DNA of 64,000 nt from Guillardia theta CCMP2712 (lineage: Eukaryota > Protista > Cryptophyta). The position numbers and the translations under genes are program-made. The stretch is taken from positions 1,107,061 to 1,171,060 of the forward strand of contig NW_005434667.1 in NCBI RefSeq assembly GCF_000315625.1, written 5' to 3'. The notes under the pieces were generated by a model that was not told the DNA's origin, made no database searches, and saw nothing but the letters and a program-made list of their open reading frames with translations. Of the stretch, positions 10,701-23,437 are shown piece after piece; position 1 is the stretch's first letter; the number at the start of each line of letters is the position of its first letter.

Positions 10701-13700
10701 TTTGGGAAGATCATACATCACCCTGTCAGACATCAATTTGTGAAACGAGTGCCAGCACAGCAGGGTTCTTACGTGTGGTATAAGAACTATCCTAGTTGGC
10801 AGGACCCTATAAGGCGAACACTTGCGAGACTTGGGCGCTACACCAATGAAGCAGGGGATGAAATTATGAAGATCAACGAGATCTTAACAATCATAATTAG
10901 TCACGAGGGTAAAACAATCACTGGTTTCTTTAAAAAAGGTATTTGCTATGTAGTCCTTCCCTTCTTAGTTGCAATATTGGCTCTCAATTGCTACATCACT
11001 TTTCAGCTAACTCAAGGAATCATTATCATGGCATCCTTGTTCTCCTGCCTCTTCTGCCTTTTTCATCTCTCTTTACTCAGACGCAGGATGACAATCACGA
11101 GGTTTAGCTACAAGACCTCAAAAGTCCTTCATACTCATTTTTTTCAAACGGAGTTTCAGGTGCTGTACGAGTTACCGGACATTGACTTTCTAGTCCTCGG
11201 AAAAGATTTCATTACCACTCATACGCATGTGGAGGCTCCGGCAAGACTAGCAACTCAGGGTCATCCACCACCTCTGTTCCGAGCTGAAAGGACCCTACCA
11301 AAAGGCCTCTTCCTTGACGCGAACAACGGCACTTTGTATGGTTATGCGCTCGAAGATGGCGATTTTGTGATACGAATCCAAGCATATAATGATGTAGGCT
11401 CCTGTTCATGCACTTTCAAGTTGAGAATTGTGAAGTCCAATCCTCCTCCCAGGAAGATTAAGAATTTTTCTGGTCTTGAATCAGAACCACCAAGTTTGAT
11501 GCTCCGTGAAGCATTTGAGCAGCCTGAGAGGATAGAAGTGAAGAAAATATGGAGGAATAGAGGTCTGTTTAGCTATAAGCAATTCGACCTATCTGCCCAT
11601 GCTGGCGAGAATGTAATCATCAAGCACAAAACGTTTTATGCAACGTTGCAAGAAGCCATCGGATCTGTAAAATCACCAGGATCGTTTCAGCTGCTCCATA
11701 CGTCCCCGCAACTAGTCGAGGTCGATGAAGACACAGGACATGTTCATGGGTCGTTGACAGCCCACAAGATTTTGACCTGTTTTCCTGCAAGGTGTGAAGC
11801 GATCTTTCTCTCCAGACGAGGAAGGAACTATATACACAAACATGTTGTCCTTTCTATCTCGGAAGTCACGCTGGATCAGTCTCCACCAATCGGCTGCATC
11901 AGGTATGCTCGAATCGGCAACGCAAACTACAGAAAGACTTTGAGGTTGCCAGACTTTCCAGAAGTGCTGGAGGTCGAACCTCAGACATTCTCAGCCACGT
12001 TCGAGGATGAAGTATGTATCGCCCCATGCCTAGTGTCCTTGCCGACAGTGTTGGAACCTCTGACAACAATCGTTGAAAGGAATCCCGGCTAACTCTTGTT
12101 GTCGTGCAAGTTTCAGAAACTGGTGCAAGGACAGGACGCTTGCGTGTTGCCGACGAGCAACAAAGAAGATCAGATGAAGCCATGCTGGAGCTTGAGGTTA
12201 GCTGGGATGCAGCTGGCGAGATGTGGACGAAGACCTCGACAATCAGTGACTTGTACTTGTACTTGACAAGCGTCTTGCCTGGATGGCGACTGAAGCCAAT
12301 CCAAACTCTCTGCTCCGGGACAATGGTGCAACATGCAAACCCTCTTCCCCTTGGAACGAAGCTCAGTACCAACGGAGTCATCCACGGGAGAGCGCGGCTT
12401 CCTCATCCTCCGGTCTTGTATGAGATTGTACACAAGGCAGATCAGTCCGAAGAGAGCAAGGTCGTCTCTATCCAAGTGTCTTCGTCTGCAGCCTTGAAGC
12501 GCCGAGCATTCATGACATGCGTCAGGTATTCTCATTCTATCTTGAAAGCATTGACCGAACGCCTGTACGTCTGGAGGAGACTAGAGCTGCTATGGATTCA
12601 AAGGTCAGCTACAAGCTACACAGATCTTGACTTGGATGATGTAATCCGATACTGTTCATTGCCCAAAGCTCTGAATAAAGCTGACCGAAGACTGGACGGG
12701 TCTCACGCAATAGGAATTGCGATCCCTGGTTACCGAGTACAAGGAGTGATCGGAAAAGGAGGACAAGGAACAGTGTATCTTTGTCAAGAAGTTGAGTCAC
12801 AATCAGTCTGTGCTATCAAAGTTTGCAATAGACCAGATGAGCGGGAATATCAGAATTTGAAGTCTCTACAGCAGCTTCAGCATCCCAACATTGTGAGATT
12901 GTTTGATTGCATTCTTGAGCCTTTCGCTATTGTCATGGAGTACGTGCATGGACAATCTTTGAAGGAGGTTATGCAGACCTCAGAAGATGGTGAGGGCAGA
13001 AAACTGGATCTGGAGTTGATCAAACTCATCGGCTCTCAGATGCTCGATGCCTTGTCTGCATTACACAGAATGGCAATCACTCATCGAGACCTCAAACCTT
13101 CCAACATCTTATGCACGTTCTCGCATAATCAAACAATCGAGAAGGTCACGTTGATCGACTTCGGCGCTTCCAGACATGACAATTTCGATGTGACGATGAC
13201 CAATACAGGCCAGTTCGTTGGGACATGGCAGTACTTCAGTCCTGAGCAGTGCAGGGGTGATGCTCAACTTGATGCGAGAGTGGATGTCTGGTCAGCTGGG
13301 GTCGTTATCTATGAAATGGCTGCTGGGAAAAATCCATTTTTCTCTCTGAATGTGCTTGAGCTGTTCAACGCAGTACGAAGAAAGCGGTTTGTTGTGATTG
13401 TCACCTGTGATGTGGCGATGAATCTGTTCCTAAAGACAGCTCTGAAGAAAGATCCTCAAGATCGATTCGTGGACGCGGATGAGATGCTCCAGGCGTTCAA
13501 ATCCGTCTTTAATGATCCCAAGGCAGCGATCAGGCAATTGTCTGCCAGGACTAGCACTTTTGATGCCAGCAAAGGAATGCAACTCGCTGAGTCTGCCAGA
13601 AATCTCTCGTCAGGGAACTGGGGAGTGCTCGCGTTTTTTGTGAAGAAGCCTGTCGATGTCGAAGTTCTTGCGGTCAAGATCGAGGACCAATTGAACAAGA

Positions 13701-14368
13701 AAGAAGAAGAGGACAAGAAAAGTATTCTATCTTCAGTGTTGATGGATGAAATAGAAAATATCGACCCATATGAAGAAGCAAAGATCATGCAGGAAATATC
13801 CCTTGATGCTTTGTATCATATCCGCATAATCCCACAGCCGACTTTTGAAAACTTTGTTCGTTCTATGGAAATCTGCGAGAAGTTGAACATAAAGATTGTT
13901 CATCTATCAGGACATGGTGATCGCGACAAAGGATTTTGGTGGCTCAGAGAAAACAAGAACAAAGAGATTAAAGAATATGACTACAAACGACCAGAAGAAG
14001 TTGCAGATGTAATCGCTTTACAGGTTGGTTGGGGGCGATCACACTCTTTGGTTGAATGTGTCATTCTCAACGCTTGTCAGTCATACAACATGGGAAAGCT
14101 TCTCGTTGATCGAGGAATCAAAAACGTCGTTTGCTGGAGAGGGACAGTCTGCGACGAGACAGCCATCAGTTTTTCCAAATACTTCTATGAGACACTCAAC
14201 GAATTGCAAGTTGGAAGAAGAGAGATCGATTATCCCCGAGTGTTCGAGCGAGCTTGTTTAAAATTCTCAAACACTTCATCCAATATGATTTCCTCGAGAG
14301 GTAAAGCCAAGACAGTCAGGCAGGATCAGGTTGTCCTTATCAGCACAGGCAAGTGTCTCTGTCATTGA
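7704..14368 (+). CDS. ~2200-aa multi-pass receptor: signal peptide, Cys-rich/C-type lectin ectodomain, TM helices, putative Ig (He_PIG-like) repeats, ZZ-like zinc finger, Ser/Thr kinase, CHAT caspase-like protease
   Basis: ORFs 7698-12092 and 12104-14368 join in frame via intron 12012-12079 (gtatgt...ctgac...aag). CTLD SWYEAEAFC..HLSSV..VWIGL..WSDGS; kinase GKGGQG/AIK/HRDLKPSN/DFG/SPE/DVWS; CHAT HLSGHG and ILNACQS. Confidence 0.85.
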
Positions 14369-14700
14369 CGGATGCATTCAACTCCTAACTTGTTCATCAC
14401 AGACAGGGAATTAGAACGAGACCTTTGAAGCATATCATGAGTGTTCAACTCGATCTTTCTGTTCATCGAGTAGGCTAGCAAAAAGACGGACTCCCTAATC
14501 ACACTTTTATCCCCACTTCGAATTAGATTCACCTCCTCTGCACTCGAAGCATGTGGCCATGGCTGTCCTGCTGTCTGCTGTTGCATAGAGGTGACCTGAC
14601 CGTACATGTCAGTCCAATCGCGCCCACCCAGGGGCCTCGATACCGTTGGGGCAAGCGCGCCAGATTCCGCCGTGCCATGCCTCGTTGGGGGGTAGAAAGC

Positions 14701-17700
14701 TCATCCCCTCCAAGATCTCCGAGTGTGCCTGCCGTATGTCTCAGACGGTTCAACGCATCGAGCATGCAGACCCGCCCGACCTCTGGCCGGACTCCTGCCA
14801 CCGCCACCGTCAGCATACAAACACACAAGGCTGGAGCACTGACCGAGCTCTAGCTCCCTCCAAACGCGCTGAGCTGCTATCTCGACGTTGAAGTTACCGC
14901 ACGTCATGAGCGAGCCAGCTTCTTCTTTCAACAAGTCTCGGAGCTCGGCGCATGATCGCACCAGGGGCATGCAAACCGTTGACGTCAGCCGATGGGCCTC
15001 AACGCTGCGCCAGAATAGGATGAAGCAGTGGATGAGCTGGCGCCACAGGTAAAGTCCGTGACTTTCTATAGAAAACTGTTGCATGTAGCACGAGAAAGCC
15101 TCGAGCACCTCCTGCAAACTTCTGACGGTTGACTCTGTCCAGGTGACGTCATAGTCTGACAAGGTCGAGCATATAGACAAGGATTGGCATATGATCTTGT
15201 GCTGTATGCTTTCCTCAAGGTCACTATTGATTACAGTGCTGAGCAACTTCAGAAACTCGACGATCGCCAGTTCGTCCTGCTGAACTAAGTAATGGATGGC
15301 ATTGGTGGATAGCCAGAAGAAGGAGAAGTATGCTCCGAGGTCAACCAAGTCCCGCATCACATGGACTGTGCTGTTTCGAATGTTTCTGCAGTCATTCGGT
15401 TGCAGAGGAGAGGTACGAGCAAGGACGCAGGAGAGGACGAGGTCCAAGCATCTTGCTCGAGCGTATGGAAGAGGTTCCGCGAATCCTCGTGAGCGAACAT
15501 CGGTGACTGCATCTACTACCTCATCCCGATACCCCTCCAATTCACGGTGGAAAGTCAAAATGCTCGAAAGAAGCTCCTCCTCCTCATCCTCGCTATCTTC
15601 CTCCTCGCTATCCTCTTCTTCGCTAATTTCCTCCTCCTCCTCCTCCTCCTCCTCCTCCTCCTCCTCCTCCTCCTCCTCCTCCTCCTCCTCCCTATCTCCC
15701 TCCCAGCTCTCCTCTTTGTTGAAGTTCTCCTCTTCTCGGTTCCATTCCTCCGACTTGTCGTTCTCCGTGATCTCTTCAGAGAAGTAGGGTGACATCTCTT
15801 CTTTCCAGCAGTCACCCGCATAATTCAAGGAGCAGTCGTTCTTGGACCAAGGGCTGTACATCTCATCATATCTGGACCAAGGGCTGTACATCTCATGATA
15901 CATCACGTCATACATCACGTGAGATCGTCGTGCAGTTAACTCTGAGAGCTTTGCTTCACTTCTCGAGAGGACAGCGTTTGTCTGTATGAGGACCTTCTGC
16001 TGGAAAAGCACTGCATTCCTGGCGTTCACGACCCGTCCATACCGCCTCATCCTGTACCCGTCGTTCTTCCTGTCCTCACAGCCGAACGGGCAAGGCTTGT
16101 TTGCGAAGGAGTCCGTGGTGGCAATCTCCACTTCTTTCAGCCCGACGAAATTTCCCTCGGCATCCTCGGAGTAGACCTTGTGCAGCTCCATGTGCGCGTC
16201 CGCCGAGCTGATCTGCAGGACGTGCTGCTGGCAGGGGAACAAGATGAGGGGGTCCGCCTCGAGGTTCGCGTCCTTCAAGCTGGAGGAGGTGAAGAGGTCA
16301 ACCTGCAGCCTCCCGACGTCTCCAGTCTGGTCGCACAGGCGGCAGAAGCTTTGGTAGGGCTCGCAGGGCTCCCCGCACACGCTGGGGCAGGGGTGACCGC
16401 AGCCAAGGTTCTTGTCGCACCTCTTGTTGCAAGGCAGACGATCGCAGGGAGCGAAGCAGAGCAGGGAGCATCGCTTCACGTGCTTGCACGCCCAGTCACA
16501 GGGCTCCATGCACGGCTTGCACATGACCCCGCACGGCTTGCGGCACTTGGAGTGCGCGCATGCGAGAGAGCACTCCTCCTCGCACTTCGCCTCTCCGCAT
16601 CTCGAGCCGTAGAAGGCATGGCAAGGAGCACCGCACACGTGGCCGCAGAGGTTGGACAGCCTCTGCTCGCATCGCACCTCACACTTGTCTGCGTGCTTTG
16701 GGATGATATCCTCATACGTCGAGCTCAGAAAGTTCAGCCCTGCTGCTTCGCTGCCCGACTGCAGGCAGGAGCCGCATGAGGCGGGGCAGGTGTGACCGCA
16801 CTTCAAGAGACCGCTGCATGGAACTGGGCACTTCACCCGCCCCTCCTTGTAGTCCTCTGCTAGCTTGCAGGGCACCTGCACTTGATGCCCGCACACGGGC
16901 ATGCTCACTGTGACCTCCTCCTTGCAGTACTGCCGCGTCGGATTGGCCGTCTGCCAGCACCGGATGGAGTTGGAGTGACCGCAATGCAGCAACACGTCCT
17001 TTATCACCTCCGAGCACTTGCCGCAATCTTGGAAGCAGAGCTTCTTGCAGCTGTGCTGGAACTGACACCCTCGTGGCCTCCTCGAGCAAGGCTGGCGGCA
17101 CTGAAACCCTTGATGTCCGCCAGGATGGCACGACCGAGGGCACACGTGCCCACAGTCCAGCAGAGCTTCGCAGAGCCGCGAGCAGCCGCCATCTCGTGCG
17201 AGCTGGAGGAAGTCCTGGGGCTGCTTGCAGAGCCGCATGTCTTGCGGGTGTTTCTGACAGACAATAGGAATCCCGTCTCCCACGCAACCTCTGCTTGACA
17301 AGAGCTCTATCACCCTAGTCCACATGCGATCATCGTGCATGAGTGTGTGTTTGTTGCCGATCAGGTACATGCCGTGCTTGGCGCGGGACAGGAGCACGTT
17401 GACTCGATTCTCGACCTTCATGAAGCCTGAACCTCTCTTGGGGTTAGAGCGAACCAGGCTCAAGATCATGATGTCGTTCTCCTCTCCCTGATAGTTGTCA
17501 ATGGTTGCCACCCGTATGCCGCCTCCTGAGACATCCGCCCCAGTACCTTGGGGCCCTCCCTCCTCCTGCTCGGACCCTTGCATCATCAGCTCTGCCTCTT
17601 GGCTATCCTCCTCTCCGAGGAACGCCGCGAAGGAGGACTTAACAAGTTCCTTCTTGATCAGCACGCTCTGACCCAAGTATCCCGTGAGCACGGTGATGCG

Positions 17701-20700
17701 GTCTGCTGTGAATCCCTGCGCCAACAGGTAGCGGATGAGCGCAACGACGCAAGCGACTTCGTAAGAGTTGGTCTTGGAGCCCTCATGCGTCTGGTATCTC
17801 ATCGACGAGTCTTTTCTCCCGTCCTCAGGCACTCGGTGGTTCCAGAAGAACACAGGCGACGTCATGCCGCTCACAGGCGGGTAGTGCAGGACCTTGTCGG
17901 CGTCAAGGAGCTCAGGGTAGATAGTCTGCCGGATCAGGTCGGAGATTTCAGGACGCATGCGGTACTGCCGTCGGAGCACACATGTCACGGCCTCGCGATC
18001 TTCGACGAGCCGCTCGAAGAGCGATCGGTCTATGTCATATCCTTCCTCGGACTGCACCGTCAGCTTGTGGCAGTTCACTTTAGGACGCAGCTGCTTGTGG
18101 TCCCCGATGGAGATGGCATGCTGGATGGAGCTGCCGATGAGCGAGAGCGTCTGGGCCTCGAGGATCTCCGCTGCCTCCTGCCGTGGGGCAAGTCAGTCAA
18201 ACTCAAAGAAACACAAGCATCTCCTGCCTCGATGAGGACAACTTCACTCTGCAGCCCGTTGATGAGATCTTTGAACATGTTGAGCCCTGTCACTGTGCAA
18301 CCGAGGATGGTGCAGTTCTGCTGAAGGTAACTGACTTGTTGTGCTCGTTGCAACTGCTGCTTCTGTTCGTAAAAGTTGTGTAGACGAGAATACAGAGAGA
18401 GCAGCGTTTGATGCTGCGTTGCTCTGAATTTATCCTGGATGAGTCTCGCAATTAGCTGTCTCGATCGCAGTGAAAGAGCCCAGATGTCATGAATCTCCGG
18501 GATTTCATCCATGTCGCCAATTGCAATGTTCACCGGCTTCTCTGGCAGGTATAGAATCTGCTGAAGCATAGTCTCTGTCTCTTTGTCTGAATCCAATTCT
18601 TGCCTGATGGTCTTCAGCGCGTTTCCACTTGTTCCGTCCTTATCGTTTCTGTATTTCAACCGATCGAACCGATTTGAGAATTTGCTTGGTACCTGTTTGC
18701 TTCTTCGGGGGTAAGTATAAGGCTTGATCCATAACTCAAAGATGTCATTTCTATCTGTAAAGACAAATTCCGAATCGTACAAGAATATTTCTGCGTTGAC
18801 CAAGTCTTGCCAGATGGTTGGAAAATCATCTTCAAGGAAATTTTTGATTAGCTTCCAACTTGGTTTTGGATTACTCTTGATGACATTGGTATGTTTTTCA
18901 ATCTTCTTCTCCAAGTGATTAATTCCTTTCATGATGCGGCAGTACTCAGACCTAGTGGCCCATCGCGAGTGCTCCAGTATCCTTTCTCTGAGGTCGTTCA
19001 GCGAGTAGCCAGACAGTCTCGCTGATCGCGTCCGCGTCCCGAGGCGCACGAGGTCGAGGCTGGGGAGCTCATCCAGGAGGTGCTCGAGGAACTGATCTAG
19101 CGCGTGGTTGGTGTAGCAGATGCACAGCAGAGGGTGTCCGGGGCCTATCACTTGGTTGGCAATCAGCAGCTTCACCATACCGATGCCGAGGAACGTTTTC
19201 CCGGTTCCTGCCAGAGTCAGGACAGCTCAAGTCAGGACAGCTGCCTCATGCGCTGCTCGACTCACCTGGCGGCCCTTGTGTGATGGCCAAGGATCGAGTG
19301 AGGGAATGCACGAGCGCGCTCGCTTGCTCTGCATCCAAGTAGCTCACGTCCTGCAGCGTCGCGATCACCTCGTTTTTGATCTCCTCGTCCTTCAGATGCT
19401 CCGAGCTCACTGCTCCAAGCAAGGCCTCAGCTTCATCTCTACATGGGCCGTCAAGGTCAGGCTTGAACAGACACTCAAAGTTCCAGACTACCCCCTCGAG
19501 GTTCCTGGGGAACTCAGACTGGAGCGGTTGAGAGGTCAAGGCAAGCTGAGCCAGCACAGGCGAGATGTTATCATATCGGATTGCTTGCAAAGTCTTGAGA
19601 ACGTTGTAAAAGCTAAAAAACCCGCACCTAGGATCGATGATGCAATATTTCTCTTCACTACGAGTGAATTCCCGGACATTGTGTTGGAGCTCTTGAAGTT
19701 TGAGCTCTATTTCCATTCGGTTGCCCTCAGCCTTCTTGTTATGCTTGGGAGTTGCGCAAGTGACAGTTCCTAGCCCTATGCATTCACTGAAGTCTTCAGT
19801 AAGCAGCTTGCTCACACGCACAAGAAGTACAACATCATCCTTCTGAAGAGCTTGTATCTTTCCAGATTTCCATTCCTTCTCCATCGCGTCTTGTGTTGCC
19901 TTCTTAAATGATGACAGCTGATCCATCTCATATCGATGAACCAATCCAGAAAATCTGTTGAAGGCAATGTCCAGGAAGCGAACATTTCTGAAAATGAAGA
20001 CAGAATGGAAAGTTGAGCTTCCTTCCACGACTATCTTGTGCTTGTCGCTTCCGATGTCTTTGTTGAGCAGCTCAGCAATTCGTGGTGTGTGCTTGGACAT
20101 GTGCCGCACTAGTTCGGTCAGGTTCGCGATGGAGTCATGCCGAAACAAGCGAAAGTGAACGTCGACCAGTCTCTGGATAGAGTCATGAGGAAGGTGATGC
20201 GGAGCCTCTGCCTTGTTCTGCGGCAGGCATGGCAGCTGGTCTGCCAGCAGCTCCTGGGGAGTTGGGACGATGCTAATGTTGGCAATGTCCTCAAAGTCGT
20301 TGTCATGCCTCCTTCCTGTCTCATTGAGCTCTCCTGGCAACCGGAATGGAAGCAGACGAGAAGAGCGCGTGCTTGATGGTTTGCTCGCTCTCACGGGCAG
20401 CGATTCAGAAAAACCATGCCTCTGCATCACTGCTCTCAACGCGTTCAACATTATCGACACTTCATGCTGCCTTGAATTAACGGTCAGTTGCATAAGTCTG
20501 TGCTCGAGTTTCTCTACAAGATGGAGATACTTTTTGTGTCTTGGTTGTCCGGGAAGGATCACAAGCAGCTTCCCTGCAAAGAAACCAACTGCTTGCAGTT
20601 CCTCCATGTCCAGTCGCGACCAGATACACTGGCTTTCATCTGAGATCAGGTCCAGCAAGCTATCGATGAACTGAGCGTTGACATTGAGGATGGTTGTGAG

Positions 20701-21126
20701 CACATGCGCCTCACCACTGAGATGAGGAAAGGTTGTGATGAGGCACTGACAGCACTTCATCAGGGGCAACAACACTTCTTTCATGGAGCACATTTCTCTT
20801 AGCAGTGACATGGGATGCGCGGACCATACCACCTTCTTCGAATAAAAGATTTCTTCCAGGCGCTGCCTCCCATCTCCACCTGTCAGCCATTTGAGACACC
20901 AGGTCTTTTCCTTCAACAGGAGCAGCGCCTCAACGAAGGTACTAGCATTTTGAATGGTTGCAAGGGGGCTCTTCAACGAGTTAGGATGGGGGGTTGTTGG
21001 GGCCAAGATGTTCTCAGTATGTGCTATGCTGCTCTGATGTTCATGGTTTCCTCGTCCTCTGTTCTCGCAGCTCACAAACTCTGCCGCCATAGGGTTCATC
21101 CCGCCCCCATCGCTGCCCTCGCGCAT
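14701..21126 (-). CDS. ZNFX1: ZNFX1-like UPF1-family SF1 RNA helicase with NF-X1 zinc fingers
   Basis: RHDNDFEDI motif; QGPPG|TGKT (intron 19208-19265); CYTNHALDQFLE; IE|EAAE (intron 18178-18227); IGDHKQLRPK, SLFERL, QYRMRPEI, TIDNYQGEE, RVNVLLSRAKHG; many CGHxC..CH NF-X1 repeats. A further intron may extend the 3' end to ~14529. Confidence 0.92.
15629..15691. repeat. (CTC)n trinucleotide repeat encoding poly-Glu in the ZNFX1-like gene
   Basis: Direct observation; in frame as E-run on the - strand. Confidence 0.9.
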
Positions 21127-21339
21127 CTCCAGTCAAGCTTTGCTGGGAACAGGGACCGGGGTTGTTTGCCCGGGGAATCGACTGAAAGTTGGGGGTAGAG
21201 GAGGTGAGACGAGATGAGTAAAAGTCTCTGTAGTCGGTCAACTCCATGGCCCGGGGCCCGCAGCCTTCCAAGTTCCGATCCCCACTCACTGAGCTGCTAC
21301 CCTAATTTTCCGTTACTGGAAGACTTGAAGTCCGTTACA

Positions 21340-23268
21340 ATGATTCGATAGGACGAGGGCTGAGCAAGATGCAAGGGAGCGAAGATACAACCAAGAAGCG
21401 AAAGCGACAGGTGAGGAGAAGATGCACAAGAGCGGAGGAATAGCACTGATGCAGTTGTCAGGTTTATCAGGGATACTTGCATAAGCATGGAAGCACGGGA
21501 GAAAATCCGAGGTATTCGTCATGATCAATCGCGAGAAAGCAAGGCTGAGCGATGATAGTTCGAGGAAGCGTTGGTTCGTGCTCCGAAGGGCACTCTTCCT
21601 CTGTTACAAGGGGAGCGCTGCGACGGTGATGATTTCGGTTCCAGCAGCTTGCCATCTGACTTGTCCGACCAGAAACCTCGTCTTATTCTTGACGTTGGCG
21701 GTGGAAAAGCAGATTTCGAAGAAGATGACAAAGGGTCAAAGTAAGGTCCTGTTAAGGAGTCTTCTTGCTATGACGAAACTCCTGCAGGTCTAGACTGAGG
21801 CTAGTATCATCGAATGGACGATCCCTCCTCCTCAGTGCTGCCTGTGAAGCTGTACCACCTTCTTGGGACTTTCTTGTCTGGTCCTCAAGCTCGTCACAGG
21901 ATGCAAAGTTATGGTTCGACGCGTTTCAATCTGCTTTCGCCCTCAGGCAAGTAGCACTCTTGATGGGCAGTGACGTGCATGACATGTTCTCTGTTGATCG
22001 CAGAAGTACCATGGCGGAAGGAGTCGCCGACCAAGGTGACATCTTGACTGCCCTCGCCCTAGCTGACTCGTGTGCAGCTCCGTCCAACAGCGTCCACAAC
22101 CCTCGGGGACTCCCTGTCCTGCTCGTGTTGGAGATGATTGGTGAGACTCGGCATCAGCAGCTGCTTGCTTACAGGGAAGCAGAGGGACCTTGCAAGGGAG
22201 AACGCTTCGAGATCCCCACAGAGGGAGTGACGGTCATCAGAAAGCCCTCGGGCATTTCTGTAAGGAGGAGGAGGAGGAGGAGGAGGAGGAGGAGGCTGAA
22301 CGGGAGCAGAGGAGGGAACAGGGAAGGGCAGCAGGAGGAAGGGGTTTCATGTAGGCTGACTGTTTCGAAGGCACTTCATCACAAGGTTTTGAAAGAGTTG
22401 CAGCTTCCTGACCAGGTTTTTGTGTCTAACGCCTCGTGGGCGGTTGATGGGCCTTCAGGATGTGTCTCGCAAGCATGCAGAGATTCGGTGTGAAGGAGGA
22501 GTCTACTCCATCAAAGACCTTGGAAGGTCTGCTCCTTCTCTCCTCTTGTGCTTCGATGGTAAGTGAGGAGTTTCTCAGCTTGAACGGAACTGTGTTGAAC
22601 GGCACTCGGTTGAGCCCAGAAAAGGTAGAGAGAGTGAGGAGCAAGTGAAGGTCTGATTGACCATATCCCAGGTGGCGAGCGATTGGAAAGTATTGTCAGG
22701 AGGAGACAAGCTTATCATGTGAGAACCAAGCATCAGCTGCTCTCCTTTGACTTTGTTTATCAAGTGGAAAGTGCGAAATTTCTGTGTTCTTCCGTGTCAA
22801 AGTACCCGACGACCCGTTGAGGTGTGCAGAGAGAGTCCGGACAGGCCCTTTGTCTGACCCTCATGCAGTTTTGAAGAGATCGAGAAGAGGAGGAGGAGGG
22901 CAGAACGCAGGGTGAGGAGGGAGAAACGAAGAGCAGCCAGGAAGGAAACAGGCAACCTTGTCTTGCTCCGAAGCTTCCATGTTGACTTCCTGTACCTCAT
23001 CAGGCAGCAGCCAAGGCATCGAGAATCACTCCGCAAACGCGTCCTCTTCCTCCAAGGTCTCAAGCAAGGTGATGAAGGGCTCTTTCATCTCCTCGCCTCT
23101 CACCCTCTCCTCTTGCTTCCCAGCTCACGGCTTCAGCTGAAGTATTCCTGGCGGATGTGCTGGGGGTGAACTCGGAGAGGACCAACTTGAAGCCCAACAC
23201 AGCAGCGCTCAATATCATTGTTGAGTCTGTGATGGACCACAACCAGCGCCTGAGGTCCCTACCCCCTC

Positions 23269-23352
<84 letters not shown>

Positions 23353-23397
23353 TCTGCTTCTGCTTCTGCTTCTGCTCCTGCTCCTCTGCTTCTGCTT

Positions 23398-23437
<40 letters not shown>

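Noticed and set aside
12012-12104. Apparent frameshift/pseudogene or two-gene operon between the 1464-aa and 754-aa ORFs
   Set aside because: A GT-AG intron (12012-12079) with branch point restores the frame exactly
15296-18324. Multiple + strand ORFs over the ZNFX1-like gene
   Set aside because: Antisense shadows of GC3-rich coding sequence
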